From: a virus
Lineage: Duplodnaviria; Caudoviricetes
Direction: 5' to 3' (one strand)
Length of the DNA stretch: 34,677 nucleotides
Virus record (IMG/VR): IMGVR_UViG_3300020044_002928
Span: 1 to 34,677 of that record
The position numbers and the translations under genes were made by a program. A model generated the notes under the pieces. The model was not told the origin of the DNA. It saw only the letters and a list, made by a program, of their open reading frames with translations, and did no database searches. Below are positions 1 through 7,450 of the stretch, piece after piece; within the stretch, counting starts at the first letter, position 1, and every line of letters starts with the position of its first letter.

Positions 1-2
1 AC

Positions 3-137
3 TACGAGCGTGAAGCTCTCGAAACCGATGTCTACACGGACTTCGACACCGACAACCTCAAGGCGAAAGCCATTGAGCGTTATTCGTTCGGCTGCTCGAA
101 CTTCCGCGCAGGCTGGGGTTCGCAGGGCGCTTCCTAA
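3..137 (+). CDS. Major capsid protein, C-terminal fragment (5'-truncated by window)
   Basis: Not in ORF track. Frame 3 reads YEREALETDVYTDFDTDNLKAKAIERYSFGCSNFRAGWGSQGAS*. DFDTDNxKxKxxERYSFG is the typical C-terminus of Mu gpT-like/HK97-fold capsid proteins, and it lies directly upstream of structural genes. Confidence 0.8.
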   Translation, partial: YEREALETDVYTDFDTDNLKAKAIERYSFGCSNFRAGWGSQGAS

Positions 138-145
138 TCGAACTC

Positions 146-169
146 AGGGGGTGGCATCCGTCACCCCCT
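146..169 (+). terminator. GC-rich stem-loop after capsid gene (attenuator, weak terminator or mRNA stabiliser)
   Basis: AGGGGGTGGC-atcc-GTCACCCCCT, 10-bp stem with one G-U pair; no U-tract follows. Confidence 0.55.
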
Positions 170-186
170 AACTATGGAGAAAATTC

Positions 187-849
187 ATGACTCATTTCTC
201 TGACGGCGTTCGGGAAGGCAGAAACTTCGCTAACAACGGGACGGCTAACGAACCCGGTGTTCGGATATCGCCAATAAACGTGTACAACGTGGTTCCTGCT
301 GCTTTGGTAACAAACGGCATCTGCGCGCAGCAGACAATCACTGGCGCAGCTAACGCTGTCATCAATGGTTCTCTGGCTTCGGGTGGCGTTGCTACCTTAG
401 ACGTTCCACGCAACGTCATTGTTGACGCAGCTGGTGCGGCTACCGCAGTTCTGACTATATTTGGTACTGACGCTTATGGCCTTTCGATGTCGGAAGCGAT
501 TACCTTGAACGGCACGACTGCTGTTGCTGGTAAGAAGGCTTTCAAGACGATCACTCGTATCGCATCAAGCGCTACGGCCACCGATATCTTCGTTGGCACT
601 GGTGACGTGTTCGGCCTTCCAATCCGTGCAAACAGCCGTAACTATGTTCAGACTGCTTGGGGCGGCGCATTCGTAACGACCGGCACATTTGCTGCCGCCG
701 ACGCGACTGCCGCAACAACCACGACTGGCGACGTTCGCGGTACTTTTGCTCCTGCTGATGCTGCAGACGCTACTAAGCGGCTGACGCTTTGGGTATTCGT
801 CTTTGACGATGATACTCAGGCCGGCCTCTACGGCGTTCCTCAAGCCTAA
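187..849 (+). CDS. Putative capsid decoration/cement protein
   Basis: 220 aa, Ala/Thr/Gly-rich and beta-rich, GGAG RBS, immediately after the capsid gene. Function inferred from position. Confidence 0.55.
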   Translation: MTHFSDGVREGRNFANNGTANEPGVRISPINVYNVVPAALVTNGICAQQTITGAANAVINGSLASGGVATLDVPRNVIVDAAGAATAVLTIFGTDAYGLSMSEAITLNGTTAVAGKKAFKTITRIASSATATDIFVGTGDVFGLPIRANSRNYVQTAWGGAFVTTGTFAAADATAATTTTGDVRGTFAPADAADATKRLTLWVFVFDDDTQAGLYGVPQA

Positions 850-854
850 TGATT

Positions 855-876
855 GGGGCGACCTTCGGGTCGCCCT
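855..876 (+). terminator. Stem-loop with C(UUCG)G tetraloop after the capsid/decoration pair
   Basis: GGGGCGACC-TTCG-GGTCGCCCT: extra-stable tetraloop on an 8-9 bp stem, only a weak U tail (AGTT). Confidence 0.65.
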
Positions 877-894
877 AGTTACATGGAGACGGTG

Positions 895-1146
895 ATGCGG
901 GCAAAGAAAGATTTTCAGTTCAAGGCTAAGCATAAGAACCCGAAGGGCGGCCTCAGTGAGGCTGGCCGTAAGGCATACAATGCAGCCACTGGATCAAACT
1001 TAAAGCGCCCGCAACCCGAAGGCGGATCTCGTCGTGATAGCTTCTGTGCCCGAATGAAGGGCATGAAAAAGAAGCTGACATCGGCCAAGACTGCAAACGA
1101 TCCGGACAGCCGGATCAACAAATCACTCAGAGCGTGGAACTGCTAA
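895..1146 (+). CDS. Small basic conserved phage protein (DUF6321-like)
   Basis: ATG at 895 with GGAG at 885-888. Motifs NPKGGLSEAGR, RRDSFCARM and SRINKSLRAWNC recognised as DUF6321-like. Confidence 0.75.
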   Translation: MRAKKDFQFKAKHKNPKGGLSEAGRKAYNAATGSNLKRPQPEGGSRRDSFCARMKGMKKKLTSAKTANDPDSRINKSLRAWNC

Positions 1147-1147
1147 C

Positions 1148-1327
1148 ATGCGTGGAAAAAAGAATTTCATTGCCGAGGCTATCAAGAAGCCCGGCGCACT
1201 TCGTAAAGCGCTTGGCGCTAAAGCTGGTAAGCCGATCCCTGCAGGGAAGCTGGAGGCAGCCGCTAAGGCGCCCGGTAAAATGGGCCAGCGCGCCCGCTTC
1301 GCTATGACACTTAAAGGAATGAAATAA
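1148..1327 (+). CDS. Small Lys/Ala-rich basic protein, 59 aa
   Basis: Below the ORF-track cut-off. Reads MRGKKNFIAEAIKKPGALRKALGAKAGKPIPAGKLEAAAKAPGKMGQRARFAMTLKGMK*. Fills the gap exactly and its stop overlaps the next start (TAATG). Confidence 0.8.
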   Translation: MRGKKNFIAEAIKKPGALRKALGAKAGKPIPAGKLEAAAKAPGKMGQRARFAMTLKGMK

Positions 1328-1731
1328 TGCCTGATGCAGTAACCTCTCAGACGCTGGTCGATAATCAGACAACCGCTGTCATGCTGTTCACTAACATTTC
1401 GGATGGAACTGGCGAGTCACTGGTGACCAAGGTGAACGTAGCCAACCTTGCGGCTAACGCCCTTGGTCAGGCTTGCACTGGCGTTAGTGTTCAGAAAATC
1501 CATACAGCATGTCATGGCATGGAGTTCCGTCTTTTTTGGGGCGCGAGTAGCAACGTGTTTTTCTTTGGATCAGCGCAAAACAACCAATACACATTTGACC
1601 TGTCAAATTTCGGAGGCCTTCGAAATAACGCTTCTACCGGCAAAACAGGTAATATTTTGCTAAGCACGGCTGATCAGACTGCTGGCGACACTTACACGCT
1701 CATCCTTGAGATGACGAAATATTATAACTAA
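1327..1731 (+). CDS. Hypothetical virion-associated protein
   Basis: 134 aa, AAAGGA RBS, translationally coupled, beta-rich. Confidence 0.7.
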   Translation: MPDAVTSQTLVDNQTTAVMLFTNISDGTGESLVTKVNVANLAANALGQACTGVSVQKIHTACHGMEFRLFWGASSNVFFFGSAQNNQYTFDLSNFGGLRNNASTGKTGNILLSTADQTAGDTYTLILEMTKYYN

Positions 1732-1743
1732 TAGGAGATTATC

Positions 1744-1974
1744 ATGATCCTTCGTCGATACACAAATGCAAATGGTGATCAGCAGGAAATCAGCCTTTCT
1801 CAAGAAGATTGGGAAAAGGTCACTGAAGAATCGCTTGAAATGATGCTTGGCTTTAAGAAGGCTCCTGCGGCAAAGACTGCGGCAAAGGCTGAGCCTGAGC
1901 CCGTAGCAGAAGAAGCACCTGCCGCTGAAGAAGCTCCTGCTGCTGAAGAGGCTCCTGCTAAGAGCAAGAAGTAA
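1744..1974 (+). CDS. Small protein with acidic EEAPAA repeat tail
   Basis: AGGAG RBS; 76 aa; coupled to the next gene by TAATG. Confidence 0.75.
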   Translation: MILRRYTNANGDQQEISLSQEDWEKVTEESLEMMLGFKKAPAAKTAAKAEPEPVAEEAPAAEEAPAAEEAPAKSKK

Positions 1975-2162
1975 TGCGTGGACGCAAAGAGTCGCGTGTG
2001 AATGAGGCCGGGAACTACACGAAGCCCGGCCTCCGCAAGCGCCTGTTTGAAAGTATAAAGGCCCGCGAGACTCAAGGCACGAAGGCAGGCCAATGGTCGG
2101 CGAGGAAGGCCCAGCTTCTAGCTAAGTCATACAAAGCCAAAGGTGGCGGATATGCCGATTAG
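1974..2162 (+). CDS. Small basic protein, N-terminal half of a DUF5872-like family
   Basis: Motif YTKPGLRKRL...GQWSARKAQLLAKSYKAKGGGY. Confidence 0.7.
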   Translation: MRGRKESRVNEAGNYTKPGLRKRLFESIKARETQGTKAGQWSARKAQLLAKSYKAKGGGYAD

Positions 2163-2391
2163 AAAACCTCAGCAATCCCTGAAAGATTGGACAGACCAGA
2201 AGTGGACAACCAAGTCTGGGAAGCCGTCCAGTAAGACTGGTGAGCGGTATCTTCCAAACGATGCCATTAAATCGCTGACGCCGGCTGAATATGCTGCTAC
2301 AAGCAAAGCCAAGCGGGAAGGTAAAAAGGCTGGGAAGCAGTTTGTGGCCCAGCCTAAATCCATCGCTAAGAAAACGGCGAGGTTTAGATGA
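2152..2391 (+). CDS. Small basic protein, C-terminal half of a DUF5872-like family
   Basis: ATG at 2152 preceded by AAAGGTGG. Motif QQSLKDWTDQKWTTKSG...ERYLP...GKQFVAQP. Confidence 0.7.
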   Translation: MPIRKPQQSLKDWTDQKWTTKSGKPSSKTGERYLPNDAIKSLTPAEYAATSKAKREGKKAGKQFVAQPKSIAKKTARFR

Positions 2392-3071
2392 CAACTAGCG
2401 GCACTTACACATTCGGTGACACCGAACAGATCGACATCATCACCGAAGCGTATGAGCGCGTCGGTCGTAATCCCGCATCTCTGGCATCGAATGACATCGA
2501 TAGTGCACGCCGCTCTATCAATTACATGTTCTCGGACTGGGCAAACAATGGCCCCAACCTGTGGGCTGTGGATCTCCAGAGCATCACGCTGACTCCCGGA
2601 ACGCTGTATTACGAACTTGAACCGCGCACGGTTTCAATCCTTCAAGTGTACACCCGCACCACATCTGGGGGCATTAACACTGACCTGATGATGTCGCCGA
2701 TCAGCCGGGCGGAATACGACGCGATTCCAAACAAAGCTCAGCTTGGTCAGCGTCCGTTCCAATACTATTTCCAGCGCACCATCACTCCGCGCCTGTACAT
2801 CTGGCAGGCTCCGCAGGATGCTGGCGTCACGCTATTCTATCACCGCATGAAAATCCAAGAGGACGCGGGCGAGTTTACAAATAGCATGGATGCGCCAAAC
2901 CGCTGGATGGAAGCTATTGCATCTGGTCTCGCAGCCAAGCTGGCTGTTAAATTTGCGCCTGACCGCCTTAGTTTCCTTCAGGGCTTAGCGGATAGTTCAT
3001 ACGAACGCGCCGCCGCTGAAGATCGCGAAAGAGTTCCTCTGCGTATCACCATTGATCCTTGGAGCTACTAA
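2388..3071 (+). CDS. Head-tail adaptor / tail tubular protein A-like
   Basis: 227 aa. MTTSGT..F start, ARRSINYMFSDWANNG, ISRAEYDAIPNK..GQRP.QYY and EAIASGLA motifs typical of podovirus adaptors. Confidence 0.65.
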   Translation: MTTSGTYTFGDTEQIDIITEAYERVGRNPASLASNDIDSARRSINYMFSDWANNGPNLWAVDLQSITLTPGTLYYELEPRTVSILQVYTRTTSGGINTDLMMSPISRAEYDAIPNKAQLGQRPFQYYFQRTITPRLYIWQAPQDAGVTLFYHRMKIQEDAGEFTNSMDAPNRWMEAIASGLAAKLAVKFAPDRLSFLQGLADSSYERAAAEDRERVPLRITIDPWSY

Positions 3072-3421
3072 TGCAGTACGGATTCGGGCGTGGTAAAAAA
3101 CATCGGACGCAACCGAAGTTTGCTGTCAAGTCACCGCAAGGTCTTGCGATCTGTGACGGCTGTGGCTTCATGGTTCAACACACTGAGCTGCGTCAGAAGA
3201 AAGATTATCGTGGCGGCAGCGTTCCTGTCGGTCTGAGCTTGCAAGTCTGCGCTTCTTGCGATGACGTACCGCAGCCATATTTCGGTCGCCTGCTTCTACG
3301 AGCCGACCCTATACCGTTGAAAAATCCTCGACCAGATTCACAGGATGCGCAGACGGATGCGCAGGAAGCCGCAGCTAACGCACTCTCTCTATATCTCAAC
3401 ATATTATACGGACTGGCATAA
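3071..3421 (+). CDS. Zn-ribbon protein (CxxC...CxxC)
   Basis: ATG at 3071 overlaps the upstream TAA. Contains ICDGCG and VCASCD followed by PQP. Confidence 0.7.
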   Translation: MQYGFGRGKKHRTQPKFAVKSPQGLAICDGCGFMVQHTELRQKKDYRGGSVPVGLSLQVCASCDDVPQPYFGRLLLRADPIPLKNPRPDSQDAQTDAQEAAANALSLYLNILYGLA

Positions 3422-4116
3422 TGGCAAACGTAAAGATCCCTGACCTTACAGCAGCTTCAACCCCGCTTGCCGGGACTGAGCTTTTTGAAACGGTTCAGAG
3501 CAGCTTCAGCCGCAAGGTGTCGGCCTCTGACATTGCGGCAAGCGCGACGAACGTCCGGACTGTTGCGACTGGTGGTACTGGCGCTGCAACGCTGACAGGC
3601 TATGTCAAGGGTAATGGTACGTCGGCGATGACCGCTGCTGCCACGATCCCATTTGCGGATCTTGCGGGTCGGGCCTTTGCTCAGCCGTCAAGCACAGCCG
3701 ACCAGACTGGTAACATCGCTGCCGCTACTGCCGTGACGTTTAACACTGATTTAACAGGAACTGGCGTCAGTGTCGTTTCCAGCACTCAGGTTACGTTTGC
3801 TGCTGCGGGCACATACATGCTGGCCCCGTCAATTCAGTTCGCTAACTCAGCCGCAGCCGACCACACCGCCACTATCTGGTTCCGCAAGAACGGCACCAAT
3901 ATCGCTAACTCTGCCACGATTATTAGCATTCCCAAGTTAGCCGATGGCGGCGCAGCTGTGTTCTCCTTGAGTTTCTTTGATACCGTTACGGCAGGTCAAT
4001 ACATTGAGATGATGTGGCTTCCGAGTAACATTGCTGTGACGATTGAGCATACAGCAATCGGCGCAATTGCTCCTGCTGTCCCATCAGTAATCCTGCCTGT
4101 GATGCGGATTGCATAA
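3421..4116 (+). CDS. Short fibre/spike with C-terminal C1q/BclA-like jelly-roll
   Basis: N-terminal MANVKIPDL fibre motif, VATGGTGAAT fibre repeat, and C-terminal VTF...AGTYML..SIQF...IWFRKNG...AGQYIEM pattern. Confidence 0.6.
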   Translation: MANVKIPDLTAASTPLAGTELFETVQSSFSRKVSASDIAASATNVRTVATGGTGAATLTGYVKGNGTSAMTAAATIPFADLAGRAFAQPSSTADQTGNIAAATAVTFNTDLTGTGVSVVSSTQVTFAAAGTYMLAPSIQFANSAAADHTATIWFRKNGTNIANSATIISIPKLADGGAAVFSLSFFDTVTAGQYIEMMWLPSNIAVTIEHTAIGAIAPAVPSVILPVMRIA

Positions 4117-4478
4117 TGATCGAGCAGCTCATCAGTCGCGTATTCTACGCCCGCAACCTTGCTCACTTTGCTCATTGGCGCGCCAAGGGTGATGGCAGCT
4201 TTGCCAAGCACATGGCGCTGGGCGAGTTCTATGACGGCGTGATCGATACGATTGATCCGCTAGTGGAGGCTTATCAGGGTGCGTATGAGTTGATTGGAGC
4301 GATTCCAGTTCCCGGCGAAATGCAAACAGATATACTGAAGTGCCTCGAAGCTGACGCCGAATGGATCGAGAAGAATCACGACAAGATCTCCAAGGGAAAC
4401 CGCGCCATTGGGAATCTGATCGACACGGTGACCGGCGTGTATCTCTCTGCAATCTATAAGCTGCGGAACCTACGGTAA
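4116..4478 (+). CDS. Ferritin/Dps-like four-helix protein (DUF5856-like)
   Basis: HFAHW....SFAKHMALGEFYD...D.LVEAYQG and C-terminal IYKL match the Dps-like pattern. Confidence 0.7.
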   Translation: MIEQLISRVFYARNLAHFAHWRAKGDGSFAKHMALGEFYDGVIDTIDPLVEAYQGAYELIGAIPVPGEMQTDILKCLEADAEWIEKNHDKISKGNRAIGNLIDTVTGVYLSAIYKLRNLR

Positions 4479-4705
4479 TGGACATGAACACTCTCTTCAC
4501 CATTCTGGGCTTTGTCATCACAGCCCTCAGCTTTATTGGCGGCCTGATTACCGTCTGGGTTAATCTTACTAACAAGCTGACTCTGCTTGAGGCACGTCTT
4601 GGCTTTGGTGACGAGAAGTTTAGCGGCATCGACGAAAAGTTTCGGGAGGTGATGATACACCTGCGCCGGATTGAGGATAAACTGGACAACAAGGCGGATC
4701 GTTGA
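4478..4705 (+). CDS. Small membrane protein, holin/antiholin candidate
   Basis: One N-terminal hydrophobic helix followed by a charged coiled coil ending RIEDKLDNKADR. Confidence 0.55.
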   Translation: MDMNTLFTILGFVITALSFIGGLITVWVNLTNKLTLLEARLGFGDEKFSGIDEKFREVMIHLRRIEDKLDNKADR

Positions 4706-5526
4706 TGAAACGCTTTCTAATAGGTTTTGTGGCAGTAGTTAGCTCGGCATCTATGGTGCTCGCGCAAGCGGCGCCAATATCCTATGTTTACGACACTACG
4801 ACCAACAGCACGTCGAACAACACCAACACCAATAACAACACGTCGGCCAGCACGTCCACCAACACAAACGTGAACACCAGCACATCCACCAACACGAACA
4901 CCAATTATAATATCAATTCTGGCACGATGACCAACATCAACCAGAACACATCGGCCAGCACGTCTGACAATACCAACAGGAATATCAATACCGACACGAG
5001 CAATAGCACGATCAACCAGAGTGTGAACAGCAAGTCCGACAGCACGAACCGGAACATCAACACCGACACAAGCACGATCAATAGCACGGCTTTGACGAAC
5101 AACGTCAACCAGAACAACAACGTCAATGTGAACGACAGTAAGTCCACCAGCTACAGCGAGAACGTATCGCGTCAGGTGATTGACCAGAACATTAAGTCGC
5201 CGCCGCCAAGCGCCATCGCGCCATCGATGATGTCCTACAGCCAAGACCTCTGCACCACCGGGCAATCGGGTGCAGTGCAGACGCAGATCATCGGCTTGTC
5301 GGCTGGCCGCACTGTGCGTGACCAAAACTGCGAACGGATGAAACTGTCTAAGACCCTGTACGACATGGGTATGCGCGTCGCCGCTGTGAGCCTCCTGTGC
5401 CAAGACTTCCGCGTCTTTAGGGCAATGGAGATGGCCGGAACACCGTGCCCATTCTTGGGATTGATTGGCGAGGAAGCCCGCGCCGCGTGGACCGAAAACG
5501 TCGAGCTTCGCCCTGTTGAGAAATAA
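4705..5526 (+). CDS. Exported protein: signal peptide, Asn/Thr/Ser low-complexity stalk, four-Cys C-terminal domain
   Basis: ATG at 4705 (TGATG overlap). MKRFLIGFVAVVSSASMVLA|Q signal peptide. C-domain SPPPSAIAPS..DLC..NCER..LLCQD..GTPCP. Confidence 0.75.
   Translation: MKRFLIGFVAVVSSASMVLAQAAPISYVYDTTTNSTSNNTNTNNNTSASTSTNTNVNTSTSTNTNTNYNINSGTMTNINQNTSASTSDNTNRNINTDTSNSTINQSVNSKSDSTNRNINTDTSTINSTALTNNVNQNNNVNVNDSKSTSYSENVSRQVIDQNIKSPPPSAIAPSMMSYSQDLCTTGQSGAVQTQIIGLSAGRTVRDQNCERMKLSKTLYDMGMRVAAVSLLCQDFRVFRAMEMAGTPCPFLGLIGEEARAAWTENVELRPVEK
4795..5160 (+). repeat. Coding low-complexity region (AAC/ACC/AGC codons; NRNINTDTS and NTSASTS each twice)
   Basis: Visible directly in the DNA and in the translation. 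Confidence 0.8.
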
Positions 5527-6943
5527 GACATACGCTTTGCAGGTTATTCTGCTGGCTTGCGCAACACCCGTTTTCGCGCAGACCTACGAGCCTGCCTTAA
5601 TCCCACCGCAAATCCTCGGCGCGCCTACGACGATGGCACCCCTTAATTTGGGGGACGATAACACACGTAACGTGGCTCTTGGCTTTGAGTTTGAATATTG
5701 GGGCCAGACGTTCACCGACGCTTGGGTGTCGAGCAATGGCTTTGTGTCGTTCCAGAGCGGCAATCATTTGTGCTGCAATGGTCGGCCTATCGAACTGGCG
5801 CAGCGCAACACGATATACGGCTACTGGTCAGACCTAATTAGCTACACCGGCAACCCGTACTTCCGCCGCGACGATGGCTCGATCCTCTTCGGCTGGTACG
5901 GCGTAAACGAATACGGCACGAACAACAGCAGCACCTTCGAGATCGGCCTATTTGCCGATGGCACGATACAACTGAATTACGGCAACCTCGGTTTCTCAGG
6001 TGGGAGAGACTTTACCGCAGGCATTACTGGTCCAACTGCGAACGATAACATCACCCTCTTCTACGGGCGAAACGCGCAGTTTCTTCAGAATCAGTCCGGC
6101 ATCCTGTCGTGGGTCGGGGCAACCGCTACCGTTGACTGCAACGTGACGCCTATGGACCCAAGCTGCCCTCCAATCAGTATCGACGCGGTGCCTGACCCTG
6201 TAGCTGCGATTGCCGAGGCCGTTGAGCAGAGCGTTGAGCTTGAGCCGGAAGAGATCGAGGAGGTTCGCGAGACGGCTGTTATAGCGCTGGAGCGGGCGGA
6301 AGAATCTGTTGCTATTGCTGAGGCGACAGAGGCTGTAGAAGAAGCTGAGGTTGCAGCAGAGGCCGTTGTAGATGCGGATGTGGATGAAGCGGTCGAGCGT
6401 CTGGAACCAGACGAGGTTGCCGCACTGGCAGCCACCAGCTCAGACTTTACCGAAAGTATGCAGCAGCAAGACACCGTCATACAGGAGACGCAAGACGGAG
6501 CATCGTCGTCGTCAGGTACGTTTACGGGGCAAGTGCGATTCGATAACTCATTCGGTGGCTCGTTCGTGCAGGGACCAAGCGTTTCTTCTGCGCAGAGCGC
6601 GTCACCATTGGACATGGCAATCTCGGCAAGCAGCCCAATGTCTATGGCTAACACCGCTGAAGTTCTGGGCCTTGGGTCGCCCGCGCCTGCATCCTCCGGT
6701 GGAAACGCGCCTCAGACCGATAGTGGAATATCTGAGGGTGAGAGCGAAACCATCGCAGCGATAGGAACCGTTCCGGGCTTCGCCGCGTACACGCAGGCAT
6801 CCCTGCAAGATAGGGCTGACTTTTACGCAATTCGTGATATATACCGCAGACGTAGGCTGCAAGACGCAAACTTTGAGATGTATCGTATGATGCAAACGAA
6901 CGATGCCCGATGGCAGGAGATGGTAGATGAGCAGTACAGATGA
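5516..6943 (+). CDS. Exported protein with NIDO (nidogen-like) domain, acidic helical linker and compact C-terminal domain
   Basis: Likely TTG start at 5516 gives the signal peptide MRNKTYALQVILLACATPVFA|Q. GDD....ALGFEFEYWGQTF..AWVSSNGFVSF...IYGYWSDL...TFEI.LF.DG.I..NY is a NIDO-like signature. Confidence 0.7.
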   Translation: MRNKTYALQVILLACATPVFAQTYEPALIPPQILGAPTTMAPLNLGDDNTRNVALGFEFEYWGQTFTDAWVSSNGFVSFQSGNHLCCNGRPIELAQRNTIYGYWSDLISYTGNPYFRRDDGSILFGWYGVNEYGTNNSSTFEIGLFADGTIQLNYGNLGFSGGRDFTAGITGPTANDNITLFYGRNAQFLQNQSGILSWVGATATVDCNVTPMDPSCPPISIDAVPDPVAAIAEAVEQSVELEPEEIEEVRETAVIALERAEESVAIAEATEAVEEAEVAAEAVVDADVDEAVERLEPDEVAALAATSSDFTESMQQQDTVIQETQDGASSSSGTFTGQVRFDNSFGGSFVQGPSVSSAQSASPLDMAISASSPMSMANTAEVLGLGSPAPASSGGNAPQTDSGISEGESETIAAIGTVPGFAAYTQASLQDRADFYAIRDIYRRRRLQDANFEMYRMMQTNDARWQEMVDEQYR

Positions 6944-7448
6944 GGATCCCAAGGTCGCCTTCGATGAGAGCGGCTTTAGTTTTAAAATCGGTGGACTGAG
7001 CAGTGGCAAGATTGCCATTATCTTCGCGGCTATATCGACCATCGTCGGCGGTCTCTGGGCTGGCTTCCAAGTGTATCAGCAATTCCTGACCATGAAGGAA
7101 GTTACTGCAGCGTATGTGCCGCCTGATTTGTCAGGTATCAACAGCCAGATTTCAGTGCTGAATGAGCGCGTTACAAGCGTCGAGCGTTTGACCAAAGGCA
7201 ACAGCGAGGCGCTGAACTACTTGACCGGCTCAATATCTAGCAGCGTGGGCGCAACACGGCAGACGGTTGACGCGGTGTCAAGCAGTGTTAGAAACAGCGA
7301 CGCGCAGAACATGCAGATGCAGCGCGCTATCATAGACCAACTGCGTGAGCAGGACAGGGAACAACAGCGTCGTATCAAGGAACTTGAGACTGAGACCGCT
7401 GCACGTATTCAAAAGACGCTGGCGAACCCGCTGGCCGGGAAGGACTAA
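6927..7448 (+). CDS. Single-pass membrane protein with long C-terminal coiled coil
   Basis: AGGAG RBS. Hydrophobic IAIIFAAISTIVGGLWAGF, then YVPPDLS and a heptad-rich helix ending LANPLA. Confidence 0.75.
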   Translation: MSSTDEDPKVAFDESGFSFKIGGLSSGKIAIIFAAISTIVGGLWAGFQVYQQFLTMKEVTAAYVPPDLSGINSQISVLNERVTSVERLTKGNSEALNYLTGSISSSVGATRQTVDAVSSSVRNSDAQNMQMQRAIIDQLREQDREQQRRIKELETETAARIQKTLANPLAGKD

Positions 7449-7450
7449 AG

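Noticed and set aside
853-894. Upstream starts given by the ORF track (853, 3059, 5465, 7942, 8565, 11417, 32344, 33008, 34399)
   Set aside because: Downstream starts have better RBS, stop/start coupling or signal peptides. The extension at 853 runs through a hairpin.
1888-1960. Similarity of the EEAPAA tail to the tail at ~15600-15672 as a dispersed repeat
   Set aside because: Both are low-complexity Glu/Ala/Pro tails with differing codons. Convergence explains it.
4795-5160. AAC-rich repetitive tract resembling a DGR template repeat or a CRISPR-like array
   Set aside because: It is in-frame Asn/Thr low complexity inside a signal-peptide ORF. There is no reverse transcriptase, no second copy differing only at adenines, and no regular repeat-spacer period.
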